DNA of 64,000 nucleotides. It comes from an uncultured Clostridia bacterium (GTDB lineage Bacteria > Bacillota > Clostridia > Christensenellales > UBA1242). Shown in pieces: positions 38,285 through 47,315 of this stretch. The stretch is from positions 30 through 64,029 of the forward strand of contig CAKVHZ010000004.1 of NCBI GenBank assembly GCA_934754445.1. The letters run 5' to 3'. Both the position numbers and the translations under genes were made by a program. The notes below the pieces were generated by a model, which made no database searches, was not told the origin of the DNA, and was given only the letters and a program-made list of their open reading frames with translations. The stretch's first letter is position 1; each line of letters begins with the position of its first letter.

Positions 38285-40945
38285 ATGGTAACAAATTATT
38301 GGACAAAAAGTGCTGAAGAAACAATATTAAATTTAAACAGTAAATATAGTGGTTTAACGCAAAAACAGGCAAAAGAAAGACTTCGTGAAAACGGACAAAA
38401 TAGTTTACCCGAAGGCAAAAAGAAAAGTGTTTTTGTAAAATTTTTGTTGCAGTTTAAAGATGTAATGGTTTTAATTCTATTAATTTCAGCTATTATTTCG
38501 GTAACGGTATCTTTAATAGAAAAGACTTATTCTAATTTATTTGAAGGCGGAGTAATTTTTTTAATCGTTATTGTTAATGCTTTAATTGGGACAATCCAAG
38601 AAAATAAGGCTGAAGACGCAATAGAAAATTTAAAGAAAAGCACTGAACCTTACTGTAAAGTAATTCGAGAAAATGAAGTTATAAAAATAAAAACAAAAGA
38701 TTTAACCATTGGAGATATTGTTGTTTTAGAAGCGGGTGATATTGTCCCGGCCGATTTAAGACTAATTGAAACGCATAGTTTAAAGTGTGACGAGAGTGCG
38801 CTTACTGGGGAATCTTTACCTAATAACAAAAATGCAGATATAGTTTTAAATGTTGATACACCTTTAGCAGATAGAAAAAATATGGCTTATTCTTCAACGA
38901 TAATTAGTTATGGTAGAGGCTTAGGAATTGTTACAAATATAGGAGTTAATACCGAAATAGGTAAAATTGCAACATTATTAACTTCTTCCGAAAAAGATTT
39001 AACTCCATTAGAAAAATCTATTAAAAAAGTTGGAAAAATTATTTCTATAGCGGTGGTTTCTATAGCAATTATTATTTTCTTGATAGAAATATTTTTTGCT
39101 GATACCATTGATATTTTAAATGCTTTTATTGGCTCAGTTACTTTAGCGGTAGCGGCAATACCAGAAAGTTTACCAGCAATTATCACCATAATTATGGCGG
39201 TAGGGTTGCAAAATTTGGCAAAAAAAGGTGCTATTGTTAAAAGATTAAAAGCGGTTGAAACTCTTGGTAGTTGTGAAGTAATTTGCTCAGATAAAACAGG
39301 AACGCTTACACAAAATAAAATGGAAGTTGTGAAACTTGTTTATAACTTAAAAGTTGATACTGATTTTAAAAAAAGTAGTAAGGAATTTGACTGCTTAATA
39401 AAAACTATGATTTTATGTAACAACAGTTATTTAGATAGTCACAATAAAATTATAGGCGACCCAACAGAAACTTCCCTTATAAATTTTGCCATAAAAAACA
39501 ATATAAATGTAAAAAATCTTGAAAAATTTGAAAGAATTTATGAAATTCCGTTTGATTCTAACCGAAAATTAATGTCTACAGTAAATGTAATTGATAATAA
39601 CAAGATTTGTTTTACTAAAGGTGCGTTTGATAAATTAATTAAAAAATGTAAATATATTTTAATAAATGGTCAAGTTAAAAAATTAAACGACATTTATATT
39701 AAAAAATTAAATAACCTAAATAATGCATTGTCTAATGATGCTTTAAGAGTTTTAGCGTATGCTTATAAAGGGGTAGAAAGTTTTGATAATTTGGAAGAAG
39801 ACTTGGTTTTTGTCGGCTTAAGTGGAATGATAGACCCACCAAGACTAGAAGCATTTAAAGCGATAGAACGATGTAAAGATGCTGGATTAAAACCTATTAT
39901 GATAACAGGTGACCACCCAGATACTGCTTTTGCAGTAGCAAAACAACTAAAAATTGCTGAAAATAAAAATCAAGTTTTAGTTGGCACAGATTTAGATAAA
40001 TTAACTGATGAAGAATTATCACAAAAAATTAATGATTATAAAGTTTTTGCTCGAGTTAGCCCCGAAAACAAAGTTAGAATTGTTAAAGCGTTAAAAAAAC
40101 AAAATAAAATTGTTGCTATGACGGGTGATGGAGTAAATGATGCTCCTAGTTTAAAAATTGCCGATATTGGTGTAGGCATGGGAATAACGGGAACTGATGT
40201 AACTAAAGATGTTGCTGACATAATTGTTACTGATGATAATTTCGCCACAATAGTTTTGGCGGTGGAAGAAGGACGAAAAGTCTATGCAAATATTCAAAAA
40301 ACTATTCAGTTTTTGTTAAGCACAAACATAGTTGAAGTTGCTACAATGTTTTTATCTATTATGTTTTTCCCCAATTTTAGTTTTTTAGTTCCTGCACAAT
40401 TATTGTTTATAAATTTAGTAACCGATAGTTTACCTGCATTTAGTTTAGGTGTAGAAAAGGCTGAAAAAGATATTATGAAAAATAGACCACGAAAAACAAA
40501 TGAAACAATCTTTTCGCGTGGCATTGGTGTAAACATAATTTATCAGTCTATAATTCAAGTTATAATAGTTATGCTTGTTTACATTTATGGCATTAAAACA
40601 GCCAGTAATGAAGTGGCATCTACTATGGTGTTTATGGTAATTAGTTTTATGCAGTTGCTTCATTCAATAAACTGCAAAACAAATAAAAGTATATTTGATA
40701 TTAACATATTTAATAATAAAACATTTAACCTAAGTTTTATCGCAATAATGATACTTAATATTTCAGTGTTCACTTTACCTATTTTTAAAAACCTATTTAA
40801 TGTAGCCTCGTTAAATGTTAATCAATGGATTATGGTTATAATTTGTTCACTTGCCATTATTCCATTAGTAGAAATTTCAAAGTTAATAATAAATTCTATT
40901 AATAAAAAGAAACAATTTAATAATCAGATTGATGTTGACAAATAA
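38285..40945 (+). CDS. P-type ATPase, Ca2+-transporting type (P2)
   Basis: CSDKTGTLT phosphorylation site, TGES, MITGDH, TGDGVNDAPSL and a 10-TM layout. 886 aa. Confidence 0.9.
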   Translation: MVTNYWTKSAEETILNLNSKYSGLTQKQAKERLRENGQNSLPEGKKKSVFVKFLLQFKDVMVLILLISAIISVTVSLIEKTYSNLFEGGVIFLIVIVNALIGTIQENKAEDAIENLKKSTEPYCKVIRENEVIKIKTKDLTIGDIVVLEAGDIVPADLRLIETHSLKCDESALTGESLPNNKNADIVLNVDTPLADRKNMAYSSTIISYGRGLGIVTNIGVNTEIGKIATLLTSSEKDLTPLEKSIKKVGKIISIAVVSIAIIIFLIEIFFADTIDILNAFIGSVTLAVAAIPESLPAIITIIMAVGLQNLAKKGAIVKRLKAVETLGSCEVICSDKTGTLTQNKMEVVKLVYNLKVDTDFKKSSKEFDCLIKTMILCNNSYLDSHNKIIGDPTETSLINFAIKNNINVKNLEKFERIYEIPFDSNRKLMSTVNVIDNNKICFTKGAFDKLIKKCKYILINGQVKKLNDIYIKKLNNLNNALSNDALRVLAYAYKGVESFDNLEEDLVFVGLSGMIDPPRLEAFKAIERCKDAGLKPIMITGDHPDTAFAVAKQLKIAENKNQVLVGTDLDKLTDEELSQKINDYKVFARVSPENKVRIVKALKKQNKIVAMTGDGVNDAPSLKIADIGVGMGITGTDVTKDVADIIVTDDNFATIVLAVEEGRKVYANIQKTIQFLLSTNIVEVATMFLSIMFFPNFSFLVPAQLLFINLVTDSLPAFSLGVEKAEKDIMKNRPRKTNETIFSRGIGVNIIYQSIIQVIIVMLVYIYGIKTASNEVASTMVFMVISFMQLLHSINCKTNKSIFDINIFNNKTFNLSFIAIMILNISVFTLPIFKNLFNVASLNVNQWIMVIICSLAIIPLVEISKLIINSINKKKQFNNQIDVDK

Positions 40946-40969
40946 ACTTTTTCGTGATAACATTCCATT

Positions 40970-41530
40970 ATGAGTAAAATATTAGAGAAAATTAGATATT
41001 TCTTTTTTGGTGAAAAATTAATTAGTGAAAAATTAGCCGATGTTATGAAAGATAAAAATTTAACTTCTAACGAAAAATACACAAACATGCTAAAGTTAAT
41101 TGGTAATTATTTTGTTAATGAGCATAATAACAATGTTGTTACAACGGTTTATGAACTACATTATGAAGAATTTGTAGATAAAAATAATAAGGTTGATAAA
41201 GACAAATATAATAAAATTTTTAAAGAAGAAGATGGTTTATTAACATATATAAATTTAAGTTATTTTATTGAATATCTGGTTGGTTTAAAGTTAGATGAAA
41301 ATATTTTAACCATTGATGAAAAGAATATTTTAGATAATGTTAGAACTTTAGAAAACAATAACTTTAGAGACATTTCTAAAAAAAGTTTAAACTCTAATAG
41401 TTATTTCCACTTAAATAGTGCTTATACTGATTGCTTAAACGAAGGGGAAATTTTAACCAATAAGATAAAAACATATTACAAAAAACTAACAAATTGTTAT
41501 GATGAAATTGATGAACTTTATGGATTTTAA
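40970..41530 (+). CDS. Hypothetical protein
   Basis: 186 aa ORF, no motif recognised. Confidence 0.55.
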   Translation: MSKILEKIRYFFFGEKLISEKLADVMKDKNLTSNEKYTNMLKLIGNYFVNEHNNNVVTTVYELHYEEFVDKNNKVDKDKYNKIFKEEDGLLTYINLSYFIEYLVGLKLDENILTIDEKNILDNVRTLENNNFRDISKKSLNSNSYFHLNSAYTDCLNEGEILTNKIKTYYKKLTNCYDEIDELYGF

Positions 41531-41535
41531 AAAGG

Positions 41536-41561
41536 GTCTGTTTTAATTGACAGACTTTTTT
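41536..41561 (+). terminator. Rho-independent terminator
   Basis: Stem gtctgt / acagac followed by a T-run. Confidence 0.7.
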
Positions 41562-41580
41562 ATTTTTTTTATAATTAATC

Positions 41581-42378
41581 ATGCAAAAAGGAAAAAAAGT
41601 TGTAGTAATTACTGGGTCGAGTAGTGGAATTGGTCTTGCTACTAGTAAATTTTTAAAACAAAAAGGTTATGTTGTTTATGGAATAGCAAGGAATATAGAT
41701 AGTGAAAATATTACGAGTTATGCTTGCGATGTAACCGATAACGAAAAAATGAAAAGTATCTTTTTAGATATTTTTAATAAAGAAGGAAGAATTGATTATT
41801 TAATAAATAATGCAGGTATTGGAATTTCTGGTGCGATAGAGCATACGACTGATGCTGATATTGAAAAAATATTTAATATAAATGTTATAGCGCCTATAAA
41901 ATTAAGTAGAGAAATTATTCCTTTTATGCGTAAAAATAATTTTGGCAGAATTATAAATATTAGTAGTGTTGCTAGTGTTATCCCGCTTCCTTTTCAAGCA
42001 TGTTATTCAGCAACTAAAGCAAGTATTCAAAATTTTTCTTTAGCATTAAATAATGAAGTTAAAGATTTTAATATTCGTGTTAGTGCTGTGCTTCCGGGGG
42101 ATACAAAAACTGGGTTTACTGATGCAAGACTAAAAAACAAAGTTTTAGAAGATGAAAACTATAAAAAACGAATAAACAATTCAATTTCTAAAATGGAAAA
42201 AGATGAAAGAAAAGGCAAAGACCCAATAACGGTAAGTAAAGTAATTTATAGAGTTATGAAAGCAAAAAATCCACCACTTACAAAAACAGTGGGGTTTAAA
42301 TATAAACTTGTTGTATTTTTATCAAAAATATTACCACAAAAATTATTAATAAAAATTATAAAAAAGATTTATGGATAG
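41581..42378 (+). CDS. Short-chain dehydrogenase/reductase (classical SDR)
   Basis: TGSSSGIG cofactor motif, NNAG, and catalytic YSATKAS (YxxxK). Confidence 0.85.
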   Translation: MQKGKKVVVITGSSSGIGLATSKFLKQKGYVVYGIARNIDSENITSYACDVTDNEKMKSIFLDIFNKEGRIDYLINNAGIGISGAIEHTTDADIEKIFNINVIAPIKLSREIIPFMRKNNFGRIINISSVASVIPLPFQACYSATKASIQNFSLALNNEVKDFNIRVSAVLPGDTKTGFTDARLKNKVLEDENYKKRINNSISKMEKDERKGKDPITVSKVIYRVMKAKNPPLTKTVGFKYKLVVFLSKILPQKLLIKIIKKIYG

Positions 42379-42387
42379 GGGATTATT

Positions 42388-43575
42388 ATGGATTTATTTA
42401 AAAAATGTTATGTAAAAAATCGTTATGATGAAGTAAAGGAAAGTGGACTATATCCTTATTTTCATGAGTTAAACTCTAAGCAAGACACTGAAGTTGTTAT
42501 GGAAGGAAGAAAAACCGTAATGATAGGCTCTAATAACTATTTAGGTTTAACTTATCATCCAGAAATTATCAAAGCGGGTGTAGATGCCTTAGAAAAATTT
42601 GGAACAGGTTGCACAGGTTCAAGATTTTTAAATGGGACACTAACACTACATAAACAATTAGAAAAGGAATTAGCAGACTTTTTACATAAAGAATCAGTTA
42701 TAACTTTTGGAACAGGCTTTCAAACAAATTTAGGAATAATCTCGGCTATTGCTGGTAGGAATGATGTTATTTTATGTGATAAAGAAAATCATGCAAGCAT
42801 TTATGATGCTTGCAGACTAAGTTATGCAAAAATGATTAGATATGAGCATAGCGATATGCAAGATTTGGAAGACAAATTAAAATCAGTTGAAGAAGATAAA
42901 GGCATTTTAATTGTAACTGATGGTATTTTTAGCATGACTGGGGAAATTTGTAATTTGCCTAAAATAGTTGAACTTGCTAAAACTTATGGTGCAAGAGTTA
43001 TGGTAGATGATGCCCATAGTTTAGGTGTTTTAGGAACTCATGGCAGGGGAACGGCTGAATATTTCAATTTAGAAAATGAAGTTGATATTTATATGGGAAC
43101 ATTTTCAAAATCTCTTGCAAGTTTAGGTGGATATATGGCATCAAGTAAAGAAGTTGTTGAATTTGTTAGACACACTTCAAGACCTTTTATTTTTAGTGCT
43201 AGCATGACTCCAGCAAGCGTTGCTTGTGCTAAAAGAGCATTAGAGATTTTGATTAGAGAACCAGAAAGAATAAAAAATTTAAGAGAAATTTCAGCATATA
43301 TGCGTAAAAAATTAAAAGAATATGGTGTTAAAATTATAGAAATGAATGCTGATACGCCGATTATCCCTATTTATACATATCAAGATGAAAGGACTTTTAA
43401 GGCTTGTAAAATGTTATTAGAACGTGGTGTTTATGTAAACCCAGTTATATCTCCAGCAACTCCATTAGGACAAAGTTTACTTCGAACTAGTTACACAGCA
43501 ACTCACACTAAAGAGCAAATAGATTACGCATCTAAACAAATTAGCGAAGTTTTACAAATTTTAGAAAATGAATAA
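42388..43575 (+). CDS. Alpha-oxoamine synthase, serine-palmitoyltransferase-like
   Basis: SNNYLGL, GTGCTGSRFLNGT, HASIYD and PLP-lysine FSKSLASLGG motifs. GSRFLNGT is SPT-like rather than BioF- or KBL-like. Confidence 0.7.
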   Translation: MDLFKKCYVKNRYDEVKESGLYPYFHELNSKQDTEVVMEGRKTVMIGSNNYLGLTYHPEIIKAGVDALEKFGTGCTGSRFLNGTLTLHKQLEKELADFLHKESVITFGTGFQTNLGIISAIAGRNDVILCDKENHASIYDACRLSYAKMIRYEHSDMQDLEDKLKSVEEDKGILIVTDGIFSMTGEICNLPKIVELAKTYGARVMVDDAHSLGVLGTHGRGTAEYFNLENEVDIYMGTFSKSLASLGGYMASSKEVVEFVRHTSRPFIFSASMTPASVACAKRALEILIREPERIKNLREISAYMRKKLKEYGVKIIEMNADTPIIPIYTYQDERTFKACKMLLERGVYVNPVISPATPLGQSLLRTSYTATHTKEQIDYASKQISEVLQILENE

Positions 43576-43681
43576 AATTATTGACAAAGTTAAATTTTTT
43601 TGTTAAACTTGTCTAGTCTAATTATTTTGACAGAATGAATTTATTTCATTTTAATAAATATTTTATTGAAAGGAGCAGATT

Positions 43682-43828
43682 ATGAAAAGAACTTATCAAC
43701 CAAAGAAAAGAAGTAAAGTAAAAGTTCATGGTTTTAGAAAAAGAATGCAAACATTTAATGGTAGAAAGGTTTTAAGTAGAAGAAGAAGACGTGGTAGACA
43801 CACTTTAACAGTTTCTAACAAACACTAA
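43682..43828 (+). CDS. rpmH: 50S ribosomal protein L34
   Basis: [50 protein letters not shown] aaaggag. Below the ORF-track length cutoff. Confidence 0.95.
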   Translation: MKRTYQPKKRSKVKVHGFRKRMQTFNGRKVLSRRRRRGRHTLTVSNKH

Positions 43829-43830
43829 TT

Positions 43831-44178
43831 ATGATTAAAAAAGAAAATAGACTAAAAAAAAGAAAACAATTTAACTATTTATATAAAAATGGTAAGTTTG
43901 TAGGTAATGAATATTTATCTTTGGTCTATTTACCCTTAAAAACAAAAAATTTTAAAGTTGGTTATAGTGTTTCTAAAAAAGTGGGTAAAGCAACAGTTAG
44001 GAATAAAACTAAAAGGCGTTTAAAAGAATGCGTATTAAAATTTAGCGACAAAATTAAAAACGAATTTTACATTATTGTTATTCCTAAGCCAAGCATTTTA
44101 AATCTAACTTTTAATGAAATTTACTCAAATTGTTATGATTTGTTTAAAAAAGCAAATTTACTAAATGATAGTAATTAA
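43831..44178 (+). CDS. rnpA: Ribonuclease P protein component
   Basis: ENRLKKRKQFNYLYKNG N-terminal signature, directly after rpmH. Confidence 0.9.
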   Translation: MIKKENRLKKRKQFNYLYKNGKFVGNEYLSLVYLPLKTKNFKVGYSVSKKVGKATVRNKTKRRLKECVLKFSDKIKNEFYIIVIPKPSILNLTFNEIYSNCYDLFKKANLLNDSN

Positions 44179-44440
44179 AGTTCTATTTTATCCACTTAAA
44201 ATTTTTTGTCTATTTCTAGTTTATTTGTATAAGATTTTAATATCTCCAATGCTTCCTAAATCTTGCAAATTTACACCAAGTTGTTCGACTTATTGTATTT
44301 TGGCTATTAAAAGATTTGGTGTTGTCGTTGGAGTTTTTTATACTGTTAAACGCTTATTAAAATGCAATCATTTTTCTAAACAAAGTGGCAAAGATTATGT
44401 ATTAGATAATATAAAAGGAGAAATCAAATGGCTAATTTAA
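44165..44440 (+). CDS. yidD: Membrane protein insertion efficiency factor YidD
   Basis: ISPMLPKSCKFTPSCSTY signature. Overlaps the end of rnpA. Confidence 0.85.
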   Translation: MIVIKVLFYPLKIFCLFLVYLYKILISPMLPKSCKFTPSCSTYCILAIKRFGVVVGVFYTVKRLLKCNHFSKQSGKDYVLDNIKGEIKWLI

Positions 44441-45570
44441 TGCTAGCAGTTGGTGGGCTGTGGGGAACAATTATTAATTGGTTTAATAGTTTTATTCCAA
44501 GTTTTGGTTTAACAATAATCGTTTTTACAGTTGCACTAAAATTAATTTTATCACCACTTGAGGTGTATCAAAAAATAACAACAAAAAAACAAACCGAAGT
44601 TCAAGCAAAACTTCAACCACAACTTGAAAAATTACAAAAAAAGTTTGGCAACAATAAAGATATGTTAAATCAAAAAACTGCCGAACTTTATAAAAAAGAA
44701 AACTTTAATGTTATGGGCTCATGTTTAGGGCTACTTATTAACTTAATTTTAACTTTAGTTATATTTATTACTTTATTTTCATCATTAAATCAAATAAGTC
44801 AATATAACATTAAAACAGAATACGATAACTTAAAACAAACTTACATATCTACTTTTGTAGAAACAGCAAAAACTAATACTTATTCAATAACTATAACTGA
44901 TGAAGACACACCTAAAACAGTTATTGAAAAAATAAAGGCTAGTAGTTTAACCGATGAAGAAAAAGATACATATATTTTAACTTTAAAAGATAGTGCAAGT
45001 GAAAGCACAGTTAATAAATATACCGAAATTAAAGAAGGCTTTTTGTGGATAAAAAATATCTATAGACCAGATACTTATGCCAGTGTTTTTCCAAGTGGAA
45101 ATGAGTTTATGAGTATTTCGGGAACGAACTTTAAAAAGGTAAGTAGCGAAAATCCTTATACTGATATTTATGGGGAGTCTTATACAACAACCGAAACAGC
45201 AAAAGAAGCATTTTTATTAGAATATAAAGATATTACTAAAGACATCAAAACAAAATATTCAGGTTGGAATGGTTATTTGATTTTAGTAATTTTATCTGCA
45301 GTAATTACGGTTTTAAGTCAAATAATTGCAACAAAAACTACTAAACCTAAAAACACTACCGATAAAAAGGGTAACGAAATTGAAGTTAAACAACCAACTA
45401 GCAAATTTATGTTGGTGCTACTACCAATCTTAATGATTATTTTCACATTACAATATAGTTCGGCATTTGCTATATACATTGTTATAAATAGTTTAATGAG
45501 TTTAATTATTAGTTTTGTAACGGGTTTAATATTAAATAAAAAAGACAAGAAAAAAGAAAGTATTAACTAA
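44428..45570 (+). CDS. yidC: Membrane protein insertase YidC
   Basis: YidC/Oxa1 core (LLPILMIIFTLQYSSAFAIYIV) in the conserved rnpA-yidD-yidC order. Confidence 0.85.
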   Translation: MANLMLAVGGLWGTIINWFNSFIPSFGLTIIVFTVALKLILSPLEVYQKITTKKQTEVQAKLQPQLEKLQKKFGNNKDMLNQKTAELYKKENFNVMGSCLGLLINLILTLVIFITLFSSLNQISQYNIKTEYDNLKQTYISTFVETAKTNTYSITITDEDTPKTVIEKIKASSLTDEEKDTYILTLKDSASESTVNKYTEIKEGFLWIKNIYRPDTYASVFPSGNEFMSISGTNFKKVSSENPYTDIYGESYTTTETAKEAFLLEYKDITKDIKTKYSGWNGYLILVILSAVITVLSQIIATKTTKPKNTTDKKGNEIEVKQPTSKFMLVLLPILMIIFTLQYSSAFAIYIVINSLMSLIISFVTGLILNKKDKKKESIN

Positions 45571-45580
45571 AGAGGTGTTT

Positions 45581-46456
45581 ATGAAAAGTTTTGAATTTAC
45601 AGGTAAAAATATAGAAAAAGCCATTGAAAATGGTTTAAAAGAATTAGGTAAAAAAAGAGAAGATGTAGATATTTCTATTTTGAGCGAAGGCGGATTATTT
45701 AGTAAAGCAAAAGTAAGACTAAGTTATGAAGAAGAAAATATTGATAATGAAATTAAAGAAATTATTGATAAAAATGAAGACTTAAAAGAAGAATACCCAG
45801 AAAATATTTGTTCTTGCGGTTGCGAGCATGGTAGCGAATGCAAATGTGAAGACTGTGAATGTGACGAATGTGAAAGTGATGATGAATGCACTTGCGAAGA
45901 AGAATGTAATTGTGATGAATCTTGTGATTGCGGTTGTATGGAAGGTGAACCTTGCTCGTGTCAAGAAGAAGTTAAAGAAAAAAAAGAAAGAATATATTTA
46001 ACTGATGAAGAAGTAATTGATAAAATTCAAGAAATATTTAAAAACATTTTTAAATGCTTAGATATTGATGCTAGGGTTATGGTTTTAAATAGCGATGAAG
46101 CCTATGAAGTAAAAATTTCAGGCGAAGAGAAAGTTTCATGCTTAATTGGCTATAGAGGCGAAGGTTTAAATGCTTATCAATTAATTATCAACAACTTTTT
46201 AGAATTAAAAAATAAATCTAAAAAAATATTGATTGATGTAGAAAATTATAGAGATAAAAGAGAAGAAAGTTTAAAAGCACTAGCAATAAGAATTGCTAAA
46301 AAGGTTTTAAAAACGAAACGTCGTCATAAATTTGAACCTATGAGTGCTTATGAAAGACACGTAATTCACGAGACTTTAGCAAACTTTAATGGTGTTACAA
46401 CTCATAGTGAAGGTGTAGAACCTCATAGATGCTTAATAGTAGATTTAGAAAAATAA
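45581..46456 (+). CDS. jag: Jag/KhpB RNA-binding protein (Jag_N + KH + R3H) with a Cys/acidic-rich insertion
   Basis: N-terminal FTGKNIEKAIENGLKELG, C-terminal KH/R3H (FEPMSAYERHVIHETL). The insertion is at aa ~79-129. Confidence 0.8.
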   Translation: MKSFEFTGKNIEKAIENGLKELGKKREDVDISILSEGGLFSKAKVRLSYEEENIDNEIKEIIDKNEDLKEEYPENICSCGCEHGSECKCEDCECDECESDDECTCEEECNCDESCDCGCMEGEPCSCQEEVKEKKERIYLTDEEVIDKIQEIFKNIFKCLDIDARVMVLNSDEAYEVKISGEEKVSCLIGYRGEGLNAYQLIINNFLELKNKSKKILIDVENYRDKREESLKALAIRIAKKVLKTKRRHKFEPMSAYERHVIHETLANFNGVTTHSEGVEPHRCLIVDLEK

Positions 46457-46463
46457 ATTTTAA

Positions 46464-46492
46464 AGTGAAGAAATTTTGGTTCTTCACTTTTT
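46464..46492 (+). terminator. Rho-independent terminator after jag
   Basis: Stem agtgaagaa / ttcttcact followed by a T-run. Confidence 0.75.
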
Positions 46493-46513
46493 AATTAAAT
46501 TTTAATTTTAATA

Positions 46514-46542
46514 TTGACAATGGAGTTTTTGTGTGCTATATT
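46514..46542 (+). promoter_or_regulatory. Sigma-70-type promoter
   Basis: TTGACA, 17 nt spacer, TATATT. Confidence 0.5.
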
Positions 46543-46548
46543 TAAAAC

Positions 46549-47151
46549 ATGGAAAACTTAAAAGGCTATGAATATAACAAATATTCAATTAAATTAAACG
46601 ATTATTTAAAAACTGTGGAAAATGGCGAAGTGAATTTAGAACTTTGTGCAAAATTAAGAGAAAAAGCAAATAAATTAAGAAAAGAAAAAAGTATTAAATT
46701 GTTTAATTATATAAATAATGCAAAAAAAGTAGACTTAAAAAAAATTGATAAATTATATAAAATGGGTGCAGATTTAAACTATAAGTTTAAAAATGATTTA
46801 ACCTTATACATGCTTGCAGGAATTAAAGCAGAACTTGAAGTATTAGATTATTTAAAACTAAGAAATGTAGACATTTATGCTAAAACTAATTTAGGGCAAG
46901 ATGCCTTAATGCTTACAAGTTTTGTAACAAATAATAAAGATATTCAATATGCGTTAGATATAACAAGTGGGGACAACATTAAGGCTGTTAGATTGCTTCG
47001 AGAACATGGCTTAGGTGTGAAACTTGAATACGATTTAATGGGGCTTTCTCAAAACGATTATTATATGGGAGAAACTGACCCTTATACAATAACTATTGAA
47101 GATAGATTTATTGTTCCAATATTAAATGAAGAAGAAACATTAAGTTTATAA
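46549..47151 (+). CDS. Hypothetical protein with ankyrin-like repeats
   Basis: Segments such as MGADLNYKFKNDLTLYMLAG and VDIYAKTNLGQDALMLTS loosely fit the ANK consensus. Confidence 0.4.
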   Translation: MENLKGYEYNKYSIKLNDYLKTVENGEVNLELCAKLREKANKLRKEKSIKLFNYINNAKKVDLKKIDKLYKMGADLNYKFKNDLTLYMLAGIKAELEVLDYLKLRNVDIYAKTNLGQDALMLTSFVTNNKDIQYALDITSGDNIKAVRLLREHGLGVKLEYDLMGLSQNDYYMGETDPYTITIEDRFIVPILNEEETLSL

Positions 47152-47315
47152 AGTGCTATTTGGCACTTTTTTTAAAAATTGTTTAATTTACTTGACAAGA
47201 AAACAAAAAAAATGGCATTATTTTTAATATATTAAGCAAACTATATTTATATAGTTTTATCAACTAAATTACTGTGTTCAAAATTTACTTATTAATAATA
47301 TTAAAAGTGTAAGGA

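Noticed and set aside
43576-43681. oriC / DnaA-box cluster next to rpmH
   Set aside because: No TTATCCACA-like boxes occur in the intergenic region. The only exact ttatccaca I noticed lies inside the fic coding sequence (~23197-23205), and there is no dnaA gene in the window.
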